Below, piece after piece: positions 29,657 through 39,321 of a DNA stretch of 64,000 nt (positions within the stretch are counted from its first letter, which is position 1; every line of letters begins with the position of its first letter). Origin of the DNA: a virus; the IMG/VR virus record IMGVR_UViG_3300047472_000237, positions 18,788 to 82,787 of that record; one strand, given 5' to 3'. The notes beneath the pieces were generated by a model. It did no database searches and was not told where the DNA came from. It was given only the letters and a program-made list of their open reading frames with translations. The position numbers were made by a program, and so were the translations under genes.

Positions 29657-30565
29657 ATGATCGACGCAAACGTCAACGTCTTCTTCGCGCTCGCACGAGA
29701 GCGGTACGCCATCCAGCGCCGGCGCGAGGGGACGATCCCCAACCCGCACGCTCCCCACTTCTCGGCCAACCCGATCTTCCAGCGGTATCGGTTCTGCAAC
29801 CTGTTCCGCGAGCAGGATCGGACGACGGCCTGGTTCCGGGACACGCTGCGTGAGCCGCTCCGCAACGACGCGGCCCGCGTGCTGTTCGCCACCATCGCCT
29901 TCCGCTGGTTCAACCGCATCAGCACCGGGAAGCTCATCAGCGGCTTCCTGATGGAGGGCCACCGGACGTGGAAGCCTGAGAGCATCCGCACGATCCTGAA
30001 GGACGTGAAGCCGGTCGTCACCGGCGCGTACATCATCAAGACGCCGAACGGCATGAACAAACTCGACGGCGTGCTGTGGTGCATCGAACAGGTGCGGAAG
30101 GACATCGACCATCTTGCGGGTGCCCTGGGCCACACGCCGCCCGATGAACGCTCGCTCGAAGGCACGTGGGAGGCGCTCCGCCAGTTCCCGTATCTCGGCG
30201 ACTTCATGTCGTACGAAGTCGTCACGGACTTGCGACACACCTGCTGGCTCGACCAGGCGTCCGACCGCTACACGTGGTGCAATCCTGGCCCAGGGTGTAC
30301 GCGGGGCCTCGGGTGGGTCGTCCACGGCGACTTCGACCGCTGGAACAGGAGCTCGAAGACCGACCGCGCGGCCATGCAGCCTCACCTGGAGAAGCTGCTC
30401 GAGCTCGCCAACAGCGACAGCGAGCTCTGGCCCGACGACTTCCCGGACTGGGAGATGCGCGAGGTCGAGCACTGGCTCTGCGAAGTGTGCAAGTATGTCC
30501 GCGTTGAGAGCGGCGGCTCTCCGCCGAAGGAAATCTTCAGGAATGCGCTTGCCTCCGTGAAGTGA
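29657..30565 (+). CDS. aGPT-Pplase1-family protein (5-hmdU kinase-associated helical domain)
   Basis: PIFQRYRFCNLFREQDRTT, FRWFN, GDFMSYEVVTD, GPGCTRGL, VEHWLCEVCKY. Confidence 0.85.
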   Translation: MIDANVNVFFALARERYAIQRRREGTIPNPHAPHFSANPIFQRYRFCNLFREQDRTTAWFRDTLREPLRNDAARVLFATIAFRWFNRISTGKLISGFLMEGHRTWKPESIRTILKDVKPVVTGAYIIKTPNGMNKLDGVLWCIEQVRKDIDHLAGALGHTPPDERSLEGTWEALRQFPYLGDFMSYEVVTDLRHTCWLDQASDRYTWCNPGPGCTRGLGWVVHGDFDRWNRSSKTDRAAMQPHLEKLLELANSDSELWPDDFPDWEMREVEHWLCEVCKYVRVESGGSPPKEIFRNALASVK

Positions 30566-30584
30566 ACGGGATAACTTCGCCGCA

Positions 30585-31127
30585 GTGCGTCGATTCAAGG
30601 CAGCGAAACCTCTGGCCCGTATCACCGACGAGAGCGTCAAGGCGCGGCTGGAAGAGAATCGGCGGCTCGCTCCCTGTCCGGTTGCGGCCTACGTGCCGGA
30701 CGGCAGCCCGCTGAAGGGCGACTGCTGGGAGTGGACTGGATGTGCCCCGGATGGGTACGGCCAGATCAAGGTCGCGGGCGTCGTGCAGCGGGTGCACCGC
30801 GTCTCCTTCGCCGTGTACAAGGGCGAAGTCCCGAGGAAGATCACCGTCGATCACCTCTGCCACAACCCGAAGTGTTTCAATCCAGAGCACCTGGAACTAC
30901 AGACTGCCGCCATCAACTCTGGCTACAGTCGCATGGAGTACCGATATGATTGTTCTCAAGGCACGCAATGCCCACCAGGCCCTGCCGGAGATGATGCACC
31001 AGGTCCAGAGCAACGACAAAGCGGTGACGCGGTCGAGCCGGAACGGGCCTGTGATCCAGTTTGTGGAGCCGTTCACGATCCAGTACGCGAAGCCGACGGA
31101 GCGGGTGGTGTTCTGGCCGGAACGTGA
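30585..31127 (+). CDS. HNH endonuclease (homing-type)
   Basis: CWEWTG..GYGQI..HRVSF..VDHLCHNPKCFNPEHLE; 3' end overlaps next gene. Confidence 0.8.
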   Translation: MRRFKAAKPLARITDESVKARLEENRRLAPCPVAAYVPDGSPLKGDCWEWTGCAPDGYGQIKVAGVVQRVHRVSFAVYKGEVPRKITVDHLCHNPKCFNPEHLELQTAAINSGYSRMEYRYDCSQGTQCPPGPAGDDAPGPEQRQSGDAVEPERACDPVCGAVHDPVREADGAGGVLAGT

Positions 31128-32022
31128 CGCCAACCCGTTCTTCCACCTGTTCGAGTCGCTCTGGATGCTCGCCGGCCGCAACGACGTGGCCTATCCCGCC
31201 CGCTACTCCAGCAACATCGGTCAGTTCAGCGACGACGGCCAGACGTTCCACGGCGCGTACGGTCACCGCTGGCGTCGACACTTCCAGCTGACCGACGAGA
31301 TGACCGGCCGCTCGCAGCCCATCGACCAGCTGAGCACCATCGCCGCCGCGCTCAAGGCCAACCCGGAGGACCGCCGCCAGGTGCTGTCGATGTGGGACGC
31401 CACGGTCGACTTGGGCCGACAGGGCAAGGATCTCCCCTGCAATCTCCAGATCGTCTTCCAGCGTGACCACAACGGCCGCTTGAACATGACGGTGTACAAC
31501 CGCTCGAACGACATCCTGTGGGGTGCTCTCGGCGCGAACTGCGTCCACATGAGCTACCTCCAGGAGTACATGGCGGCGGCCATCGGCTGCGAGGTCGGAC
31601 AGTATTGGCAGATCTCCGCCAACATGCACGCCTACACGGAGCTCACCCCGCTCCTGAAGAAGTGCCTGCCGCTCGACGACCACTGTTGGCCCTCGTCCGG
31701 CTACAAGCACACTGACCCGTACGAAGGGGCCATCGAGCCGTTCCCACTGGTCAACACGCCCCTGGCCCAGTGGGAGGGCGAGCTCCGCATGTTCATCGAT
31801 GAGCCGACCGCCATCGGCTTCCGTGACCCGTTCTTCCGCCGGGTGGCGTCGCCGCTCGCAGCGGCCTACGTCAAGTTCAGTGACCGCAGCGACCCGCACC
31901 GCTTCGAGCACGCCTTCAATGCCCTGAACAGCGCGGCCAACTGCGACTGGCGGCTCGCCGCCTTCGAGTGGCTGACCCGCCGCGAAGCCGCTGCGAAGTT
32001 GAAATCAACCACGGCTCAGTGA
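30946..32022 (+). CDS. Thymidylate synthase homologue, probable dUMP hydroxymethylase
   Basis: RDANPFFH, GAYGHRW, DLPCN, NRSNDILWGALGAN; start chosen at MIVLKARN. Confidence 0.85.
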   Translation: MIVLKARNAHQALPEMMHQVQSNDKAVTRSSRNGPVIQFVEPFTIQYAKPTERVVFWPERDANPFFHLFESLWMLAGRNDVAYPARYSSNIGQFSDDGQTFHGAYGHRWRRHFQLTDEMTGRSQPIDQLSTIAAALKANPEDRRQVLSMWDATVDLGRQGKDLPCNLQIVFQRDHNGRLNMTVYNRSNDILWGALGANCVHMSYLQEYMAAAIGCEVGQYWQISANMHAYTELTPLLKKCLPLDDHCWPSSGYKHTDPYEGAIEPFPLVNTPLAQWEGELRMFIDEPTAIGFRDPFFRRVASPLAAAYVKFSDRSDPHRFEHAFNALNSAANCDWRLAAFEWLTRREAAAKLKSTTAQ

Positions 32023-32029
32023 GCCTGTC

Positions 32030-32104
32030 TGACGCGATGGTCCAGATGGTAGGGCCGTGGGCTCATAACCCGCTGCATCGAAGGTTCGACTCCTTCCGCG
32101 TCAG
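32030..32104 (+). tRNA. tRNA with CAT anticodon (initiator-like, atypical)
   Basis: Acceptor TGACGCG/CGCGTCA, D-loop TGGTA, anticodon arm GTGGG-CTCATAA-CCCGC, T-arm GAAGG-TTCGACT-CCTTC; no encoded CCA. Confidence 0.8.
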
Positions 32105-32107
32105 CTT

Positions 32108-32521
32108 ATGTCGAAAATCTACCTCATCTGCCCCGTCCGCAACGTGTCGAAGGACCAACTCGATGCGATGACGCTCTACGTCGCCAGCCTCGAACGGGAT
32201 GGCCACACGGTCCACTTCCCGAACCGGGACGTCGACCAGAGCAACGACGACGGCGGCGTTCGCATCTGCGACGAGCACCGCGCGGCGATGCATGAGTGCG
32301 ATGAGGTGCACACCTTCTGGGATCCGCTTTCGTACGGCTCCCACTTCGACCTGGGCATGGCGTTCATGCTCAGCTACGCCCGTGAGCAGATGGGCGGGGC
32401 ACCGATCCGCTTCGTGGTGGCGAACCACACCGAGCGAGTGCCCGTGAAGTCCTTCCAGAATGTTCTCGTTCGCCTGTGTGAAAGTGAAGACGACTATGAC
32501 ATCGACTACCCCAATCATTGA
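32108..32521 (+). CDS. Nucleoside 2-deoxyribosyltransferase-like / nucleotide N-glycosidase
   Basis: KIYLICPV..VHFPNRD..AMHECDEV..SYGSHFDLGMAF. Confidence 0.65.
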   Translation: MSKIYLICPVRNVSKDQLDAMTLYVASLERDGHTVHFPNRDVDQSNDDGGVRICDEHRAAMHECDEVHTFWDPLSYGSHFDLGMAFMLSYAREQMGGAPIRFVVANHTERVPVKSFQNVLVRLCESEDDYDIDYPNH

Positions 32522-33104
32522 TCTCGACAAGGACAGCGGCAACGAGTTCCTCGAGCGGCTCGAGGGCATTGCCCAGAAGGACGTGGCCGGCCTGAAGAAG
32601 GCTGCGGAGTCCTACGGCCCAAGCTGGAAGCAGCGGGGCGGCGTCGGCGCGTTCATGATGCTCGCCCGCAAGTGGGATCGGATGGAGCAGCGGCTCAAGA
32701 AGCTCGGCGGACGGGTGTACGACATCTTCCACGGCATCGCCACCGACGACCGGGGCGAGGGCCTGATCGATGACGTCCGCGACCTCCGCCGCTACTTGCT
32801 CCTCGTCGAGGGCGAGATGGAGGCTCGCGGCTTCCAGGGCAAGGCCCAGCGCGACAACGCCGAAGCCTCGAAGGAGCTCAAGCAGTACCCGTTCACGACC
32901 CAGCTGATCCGCGTCGCCGGCACGTTCCAGATGGTCGTCAACACGGGGCGGCCCGGCCGCAACCTCGCCCTGGGCGTGACCACAGACCAGAACCAGGAGC
33001 CGGCGTACAACTTCCGCGTCCTCTTCGAGGTTCGAGACGACATGCGGCAGGAAGCCATCGACCAGCTGCGACTGATGGCGGACCATCTCGAGAAGGGGCA
33101 CTGA
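32496..33104 (+). CDS. All-alpha NTP pyrophosphatase-like nucleotide-modification-associated protein
   Basis: YGPSWKQRGGVGAFMMLARKWDR..DDVRDLRRYLLLVE. Confidence 0.65.
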   Translation: MTSTTPIIDLDKDSGNEFLERLEGIAQKDVAGLKKAAESYGPSWKQRGGVGAFMMLARKWDRMEQRLKKLGGRVYDIFHGIATDDRGEGLIDDVRDLRRYLLLVEGEMEARGFQGKAQRDNAEASKELKQYPFTTQLIRVAGTFQMVVNTGRPGRNLALGVTTDQNQEPAYNFRVLFEVRDDMRQEAIDQLRLMADHLEKGH

Positions 33105-33107
33105 GCC

Positions 33108-33728
33108 ATGGCCAGCAAACCCGGCCGCAAGATGATCAATTGGGACAAGGACGACTTCAGTCGCTTCCTCAAGATGGTCGCGTTCGTCGTGTACCACTAC
33201 GACGGGGAGCACTCCGTCAGTCGCCACTTCCGCCGGTTCTGCTGGATCCTGCCACAGCTGTCTCAGCGAGTGCTCGGCCGCGTAGTCACCTACGATGACG
33301 TGGTCGAGCACTTTCGTACGACGCAAACCCGAGAGGTCTCGGAGAACGCCATCTTCCAGCGAGGGGACAAGACTCAGCGGTATCAGGAGTTCAACTCGAT
33401 GCAGCACCTGGTCGTCGGTGCCTACCACGACCTGAAGGGACTGTCGCTCGAGGACGGACCCGAGATCGACACGGTTCGAGACTTCACCAACGACCAGCTT
33501 GCCTGGGCCGTCAAGCGGTACGGCAACGGCTGCTATTGGTGCAAGGCCCCGTTCAGCGACATGGTTGGAAAGGTCGCGGATCATTACGTTCCCCACTCCA
33601 AGGGTGGCAGGACGACGAAGGAAAACTGCCGTCCGTCGTGCCCGACCTGCAACGCGTCGAAGAGCGACATGATGCCAGACGAGTTCGTAGCCAAGCGGAT
33701 GGCTCTCGCGGCGCGGTGCCGGAAATGA
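33108..33728 (+). CDS. HNH endonuclease (C-terminal domain)
   Basis: CYWC..DHYVPHSKGG..NCRPSCPTCNASKSD. Confidence 0.85.
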   Translation: MASKPGRKMINWDKDDFSRFLKMVAFVVYHYDGEHSVSRHFRRFCWILPQLSQRVLGRVVTYDDVVEHFRTTQTREVSENAIFQRGDKTQRYQEFNSMQHLVVGAYHDLKGLSLEDGPEIDTVRDFTNDQLAWAVKRYGNGCYWCKAPFSDMVGKVADHYVPHSKGGRTTKENCRPSCPTCNASKSDMMPDEFVAKRMALAARCRK

Positions 33729-33771
33729 ATTCGTTGCCTGAGCGTTGAGCTTCAGGTACAAGGGTCGTCGA

Positions 33772-35694
33772 ATGTCGTTCAACAACATGCAACTCCCGCT
33801 GTGGAAACCGCAGCACGCCTGGCGTCCGACGCCTGTGAGCCAGATGCCCTCGTGGGCCGATGCCAAGCGCATCGCCATCGACATCGAGACGTACGACCCA
33901 CAGCTGCGTGACCTGGGCCCAGGAGTTCGACGCGGCGGGTACATCGTCGGCATCAGCTTCAAGATCGAGGACGGCCCAGGGCACTACCTGCCAGTGCGGC
34001 ACTTCGAAGACAACCTGCCCTCCGACCAGGTGTACGGCTACCTGCGCGAACAGGCGAAGCACTTCAAGGGCGACCTCGTCGGCGCGAACATCACCTATGA
34101 CCTCGACTACTTGTTCGAGCAGAAGGTGCTGTTCCCGCAGGTGCGTCGGTTCCGCGACGTTCAGGTCGCTGACCCACTGATCAACGAGCTCCACATGAGC
34201 TACTCGTTGGAGAACATCGCGACCCGCTACGGCCTTCCAGGCAAGGACGAGCGGATGCTGAAGGAGGGTGCAGCCGCCTACGGCGTGGACCCCAAGAAGG
34301 GCCTCTACAAGCTCCCCGGCCGCTACGTGGGCGACTACGCCATCCAGGACGTGGCGCTCCCTCTGATGGTGCTCCGCCGCCAGGAGCGGCTCATCGAGGA
34401 GCACGGCCTCGAACAGATCTACGACCTCGAGACCAGGCTGACCCCCGTCCTCCTGAAGATGCGCCGGCGCGGCGTCGCCATCGACCTCGGCCACCTTCAG
34501 AAGGTCGAGGACTGGTCGATCCAAGAGCAGACCGCCGCCCTCGAGAAGGTTCGCGAGCTCACGGGCGTACGCCTCGCCCTCGAGGACGTGAACAAGCCGC
34601 AGGCCCTCGTGCCGGCGCTGAAGCAGATCGGGTGCGACATCCCGAAGACGAGCCAGGGCAAGCCGTCCGTCCAGAAGGACTGGCTGAGGGGCCTGAAGCA
34701 CCCAATCGCCGACGCCCTGAACCGCGCTCGGAAGATGGACAAGCTGCGTGGCACCTTCTGTCGCAGCATCCGTGCTCACCTGGTCAACGGCCGGATCCAC
34801 GCCACGTTCAACCAGATGCGTCGCTCGAGCGACAGCGACCTCGACGATGACACGGGTGCCCGCTACGGCCGCCTGTCGTGCACCGACCCGAACCTCCAGC
34901 AGCAGCCGGCTCGTGACCCTGAGATCGGCAAGTTCTGGAGGAAGATCTATATCCCAGACGACGGCATGCTGTGGGCCGCGATGGACTATTCGCAGCAGGA
35001 GCCGCGAATCACGTACCACTACGCCTTCGCCTCGAAGTGTGCCGGCGCTGAGGTCATCGTCAAGCGGTTCAACGACGACCTGTCCGCTGACTCCCACACC
35101 GAAATGGCTCGTATCTGCTGGTCGGCCGCTGAGATCGAGGCCAACTTCAAGCAGCTGCGTGGCTACGCCAAGGAGATCTTCCTCGGCGTGACGTACGGCA
35201 TGGGCGGGGCGAAGCTGTGCAAGAAACTCGGCAAGCCGACCATCTGGAAGTTCAGCGACCGTCTCAAGAAACAGATCGAAGTTGCCGGCCCCGAAGGTCA
35301 GGCCATCCTGGACACCGTGGACAAGCGGATGCCCTTCCTCCGCGAACTGGCACGCAAGTGCGAGAACCGAGCGAAGAGCACCGGGAAGATCAAGACCCTC
35401 CTGGGCCGGCTCTGCCACTTCCCGCTCAAGGACGACGGTCAGGTCGACTGGGCACACAAGGCCCTGAACCGCCTGGTCCAAGGCAGCGCGGCCGACCAGA
35501 CGAAGCTCGCCGTCGTGACCTGCGACGACCTGGGCCTCGACCTCCAACTCCAGGTGCATGACGAAATCGACACTTCCGTGAACAGCCCAGAGCATGCCGA
35601 ACAGATCGCAAATGTGATGCGAACGTGTGTCCAGCTGGCTGTGCCCAGCAAGGTCGACGTCGAGATCGGCAAGTCCTGGGGCGATTCGATGTGA
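33772..35694 (+). CDS. DNA polymerase family A with 3'-5' exonuclease
   Basis: IDIET, GRLSCTDPNLQQQP, DYSQQEPR, AKEIFLGVTYGMG, VQGSAAD, QVHDE. Confidence 0.95.
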   Translation: MSFNNMQLPLWKPQHAWRPTPVSQMPSWADAKRIAIDIETYDPQLRDLGPGVRRGGYIVGISFKIEDGPGHYLPVRHFEDNLPSDQVYGYLREQAKHFKGDLVGANITYDLDYLFEQKVLFPQVRRFRDVQVADPLINELHMSYSLENIATRYGLPGKDERMLKEGAAAYGVDPKKGLYKLPGRYVGDYAIQDVALPLMVLRRQERLIEEHGLEQIYDLETRLTPVLLKMRRRGVAIDLGHLQKVEDWSIQEQTAALEKVRELTGVRLALEDVNKPQALVPALKQIGCDIPKTSQGKPSVQKDWLRGLKHPIADALNRARKMDKLRGTFCRSIRAHLVNGRIHATFNQMRRSSDSDLDDDTGARYGRLSCTDPNLQQQPARDPEIGKFWRKIYIPDDGMLWAAMDYSQQEPRITYHYAFASKCAGAEVIVKRFNDDLSADSHTEMARICWSAAEIEANFKQLRGYAKEIFLGVTYGMGGAKLCKKLGKPTIWKFSDRLKKQIEVAGPEGQAILDTVDKRMPFLRELARKCENRAKSTGKIKTLLGRLCHFPLKDDGQVDWAHKALNRLVQGSAADQTKLAVVTCDDLGLDLQLQVHDEIDTSVNSPEHAEQIANVMRTCVQLAVPSKVDVEIGKSWGDSM

Positions 35695-35701
35695 GGACAA
35701 T

Positions 35702-35956
35702 ATGCTGACGACACTGCTGTACATCTTCCTCGGCTGCTTCATCGCCTCCGCCGCGATCGACGTGATCAAGCTGGCGTGCACCTGGGTGCTCTTCCTCGCC
35801 TGCCTCGTCCTGTACGACTGCACGTTCCTCTTCGCCACCTACGACGCCTGGACCGGCTGGTTCTGGGACAGCAAGAAGGGGCGGCTCTACGTGTTCCCCA
35901 TCCCGATGTTCGGCTTCTACTTCGACTTCAAAGAGGATCCCACTTATGTCATGTGA
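35702..35956 (+). CDS. Small membrane protein
   Basis: Hydrophobic N-half; YDAWTGWFWD..LYVFPIP. Confidence 0.5.
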   Translation: MLTTLLYIFLGCFIASAAIDVIKLACTWVLFLACLVLYDCTFLFATYDAWTGWFWDSKKGRLYVFPIPMFGFYFDFKEDPTYVM

Positions 35957-36503
35957 CAACACCGACGGCCCTTGCTCGTGCGGAGCCTGGCACAAACCTG
36001 GCGACGGCACGTTGGGGTACATCCAGCCCGCATTCAATACGTGGGACATCCGCTTCCTCGAGCTCTCCGACCACATTGCTCTCTGGAGCAAGGATCCGTC
36101 CACCAAGTGCGGCGCGGTCATCGTGCGGCCCGACCGCAGCGTGGTCAGCGTCGGCTACAACGGCTTCCCCCGTGGCATGAGCGACGCCCCGGAGCTCTAC
36201 GCCGACCGTGAGGTCAAGTACGACCGCGTCATCCACGCCGAAGTCAACGCGATGATGTCGGCCCACCAGAGTGTCAAGGGGTGCACGCTCTACACCAACG
36301 CCCCCTGCTGCTCACGCTGTGCCGTCCACATGATCCAGGCCGGCATCACCAAGTTTGTCTTCTGGTCGCCGCTCCCCGGCCAACGCGAGCGTTGGGGCAC
36401 CGACAAGTCGATCGGCTACATGCGAGAAGCCGGCGCGATCGTCATCGAAGTTTCACGCGGGCCGGCTGTATTGCCTGTTGCTCAAGAAACTCAACCAGGG
36501 TAA
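35946..36503 (+). CDS. dCMP deaminase
   Basis: WSKDPSTKCGA, GYNGFPRG, HAEVNA, PCCSRC. Confidence 0.92.
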   Translation: MSCDNTDGPCSCGAWHKPGDGTLGYIQPAFNTWDIRFLELSDHIALWSKDPSTKCGAVIVRPDRSVVSVGYNGFPRGMSDAPELYADREVKYDRVIHAEVNAMMSAHQSVKGCTLYTNAPCCSRCAVHMIQAGITKFVFWSPLPGQRERWGTDKSIGYMREAGAIVIEVSRGPAVLPVAQETQPG

Positions 36504-36518
36504 ACTTCAACCCGCTGT

Positions 36519-36920
36519 ATGGCTGAAGCTGCACTCAACACCCGTATCTTGAAGGCTCTGAAGCACCTCAATGCGTTCCGCGTTGAGAACGCTTGCCTGC
36601 CGGGGACGCCTGACATCAACTTCACCCACGGGTGGATTGAAGCCAAGTATCTTCCGCGTTGGCCCTCCAAGGGCGGCGTTGTTGCGTGTCGTCACTTTCG
36701 CCCTGAGCAGAAGGCGTGGCACCTGAAGCACGCCCTGGCCGGCGGCGTGAGCTACGTCGTCATCCAGATCGACCGCACGGTCCTCGCCCTCGACGGCAAG
36801 GTGGCCGTCATGAAACTCGGGTCAACGACCGAGTCTGAGCTACGTGCCCTCGCCCTGGGCGTGTGGGAGAACAAACTTGACCCTGTGACCTTCGTGAAGG
36901 TCATGACGGAGCGCCGGTAA
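36519..36920 (+). CDS. PD-(D/E)xK nuclease (VRR-NUC / resolvase-like)
   Basis: RVEN..GTPD..WIEAK..FRPEQKAW; promoter TTGCTC-17-TAAACT at 36478-36506. Confidence 0.75.
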   Translation: MAEAALNTRILKALKHLNAFRVENACLPGTPDINFTHGWIEAKYLPRWPSKGGVVACRHFRPEQKAWHLKHALAGGVSYVVIQIDRTVLALDGKVAVMKLGSTTESELRALALGVWENKLDPVTFVKVMTERR

Positions 36921-39314
36921 ATGTCGTCTGTTGCACCCAATTACGAAGCATCGATCGAGTTCCTGCGGCGGTTCCACCCGAACCGCAACTGGGTGCTGAC
37001 GTCGATCTCCCTCGACAAGCGAAACATCTCGACGAAGACCTTCAACGAGGCCACGGCCGGCAAGTGCTTGGAATGGCTGAAGCTCGCTGGCTTCGAACGC
37101 AACATCTACTTCTCCGTTGGCGAAGTCGACAAGATCGTCGAGAAGAAGGCTGACCGCGAGGACATCAGCCGCGTTTGGTACCTCCACGTCGACATCGACC
37201 CCCGCGCGGGCGAGGACATCGAGTCAGAGCAGAAGCGGGCGTTGGCCCTCCTCCAGAACCCGCCCGGCCTCCAGGCCCCGACAGTCATCACGTTCTCCGG
37301 CGGCGGCTACCAAGCCTTCTGGGCACTCCGTGAGCCGTTCGAAACGAAGAACACCCTGGAGCTCGCCGAAGAGGCGAAGCTGTACAACCTCCAGATCGAA
37401 ATCGCCTTGGGCGCGGACAACGTCCACAACATCGACCGCATCATGCGGTTGCCGGGCACGCTGAACCGCCCCGACGCCCTCAAGGTCAAGAAGGGCCGCA
37501 AGCCGGCGCTGGCCCAGGTGGTCGAGTGGCACGAGGACCGAACGTACACGCTCGCTCAGTTCACGAAGGCCCCGCTGGTGCAGACCGGCGAAGCCGGCTT
37601 CATCGGAACGGCTGGCGGCACCAGCAAGCCGAAGGTCAAGGTCAGCGGCAACGTGCGTCGTATCGAGTCCGTGGACGAGCTCCCCGAGCAGGTCAGCGGG
37701 CGTGCCAAGGTCATCATCTGCCAGGGCGTCGACCCCGACGAGCCGACCAAGTTCGCCGGCCGCAGCGAGTGGTTGTTCTATGTCTGCTGCGAGCTCGTTC
37801 GTGGCGGCTGTGACGACGACACGATCTACTCGATCATCACCGATCCGAAGTTCGAGATCTCGAAGTCTGTGCTCGACAAGGGCAGCATGACCGAGAAGTA
37901 TGCCCTCCGCCAGATCGAACGGGCACGCGAGGACGCCCACGACCCTGACCTCCGCGCGATGAACGAGCAGTTTGCCGTCATCAGCAACTGGTCGGGCAAG
38001 TGCCGCGTCGTCGAAGAGCAGTTCGACGAGTCCATGGGTCGGTTCCGTCTGACCAAGCAGACGTTCGAGGACTTCCGCAACCGCCTGATGCACCGCAAGA
38101 AGACGGTGGGCCAGAACGTACGCGGCGAGGACATCACGCGCGGGATGGGCGAGTGGTGGCTACAGGAGTCTGGCCGCCGGCAGTTCGACAAGATCGTGTT
38201 CGCCCCCGGCAAGGATGTTCCCGGCAGCTACAACCTGTGGCGCGGCTTTGCGTGCGACGCCCGCCCCGGCGACTGCTCGCTGTTCCTGACCCACCTTCGC
38301 GAGAACATCTGCCAAGGCAATGAGGTCCACTACGACTACCTCATCAAGTGGATGGCTCGAGCCGTTCAGATGCCCGACAGCCCAGGGTACTCCAGCGTGG
38401 TGTTCCGTGGCGGCCAGGGCACTGGCAAGTCGTTCGTCGCCAAGACGCTCGGCTCGCTGTTCGGTCGCCACTTCATGCAGGTCACCGACCCGAAGCACCT
38501 GGTCGGCTCGTTCAACAGCCACTTGCGTGACTGCGTGTTCCTGTTCGGTGACGAGGCGTTCTACGCCGGCGACAAGAAGCACGAGTCAGTGCTCAAGATG
38601 CTGATCACGGAAGAGATGATCACGATCGAAGCCAAGGGCGTCGACGCGGAAGTGTCCGGCAACTGCATCCACCTGATGATGGCGTCGAACGACGCCTGGG
38701 TGGTGCCCGCCGGTATGGACGACCGCCGCTTCTTCGTGCTCGACGTCGGCATCAAGTCGAAGAACGACGCCTCATACTTCCAGGCGATCAACGACCAGCT
38801 GCGGGCCGGGGGCCGCGAGGCGCTCCTCCACCACCTGCTCACGCTCGACCTCAAGGGGTACGAAGTCCGCAACGTGCCGAAGACGGCCGCCCTCCAGCAG
38901 CAGAAGATGTTCAGCATGGGCAGCCAGGACGGCTGGTGGTTCGAGAAGCTACGCGACGGCCGGCTCCTCGCCGAGCACGGCGACTGGCGTCTCGAGGTTG
39001 TGGTCAACGACCTGCACCAGGACTTCCTCGACTACTGCCGCCAGTTCAACGTGGCACGGCGCGGCACTGCCTTCTCGCTCCGCCAGACGATCGAGGGTTT
39101 CCTGCCGAAGGGCCTCCTGGGCAAGTATCAGACGAACTCGCCCGTCGAGACCACCACGCCGTCGGGCGAGAAGAAGATGATCCCCCGCCCGTACTGGTAT
39201 CGCATTCCGTCGCTGGAAGTCTGTCGCAAGCACTGGGACGAGAACTTCGGCGGCCCCTACGACTGGGAAAGTGTCGAGATGCGGAACGTACCGCAGACCC
39301 CGGAAGTCTTCTAA
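36921..39314 (+). CDS. Primase-helicase (RepB-like primase + D5-like P-loop)
   Basis: LHVDID, FSGGGYQAFW, RIMRLPGT; GGQGTGKS, FGDEAF, MASN, DRRF. Confidence 0.9.
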   Translation: MSSVAPNYEASIEFLRRFHPNRNWVLTSISLDKRNISTKTFNEATAGKCLEWLKLAGFERNIYFSVGEVDKIVEKKADREDISRVWYLHVDIDPRAGEDIESEQKRALALLQNPPGLQAPTVITFSGGGYQAFWALREPFETKNTLELAEEAKLYNLQIEIALGADNVHNIDRIMRLPGTLNRPDALKVKKGRKPALAQVVEWHEDRTYTLAQFTKAPLVQTGEAGFIGTAGGTSKPKVKVSGNVRRIESVDELPEQVSGRAKVIICQGVDPDEPTKFAGRSEWLFYVCCELVRGGCDDDTIYSIITDPKFEISKSVLDKGSMTEKYALRQIERAREDAHDPDLRAMNEQFAVISNWSGKCRVVEEQFDESMGRFRLTKQTFEDFRNRLMHRKKTVGQNVRGEDITRGMGEWWLQESGRRQFDKIVFAPGKDVPGSYNLWRGFACDARPGDCSLFLTHLRENICQGNEVHYDYLIKWMARAVQMPDSPGYSSVVFRGGQGTGKSFVAKTLGSLFGRHFMQVTDPKHLVGSFNSHLRDCVFLFGDEAFYAGDKKHESVLKMLITEEMITIEAKGVDAEVSGNCIHLMMASNDAWVVPAGMDDRRFFVLDVGIKSKNDASYFQAINDQLRAGGREALLHHLLTLDLKGYEVRNVPKTAALQQQKMFSMGSQDGWWFEKLRDGRLLAEHGDWRLEVVVNDLHQDFLDYCRQFNVARRGTAFSLRQTIEGFLPKGLLGKYQTNSPVETTTPSGEKKMIPRPYWYRIPSLEVCRKHWDENFGGPYDWESVEMRNVPQTPEVF

Positions 39315-39321
39315 GGACAAC

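Noticed and set aside
22534-35694. Introns or inteins in nrdA, nrdB, TS or DNA polymerase
   Set aside because: All ORFs are continuous, of normal length, with no intein C/S...HN boundaries seen
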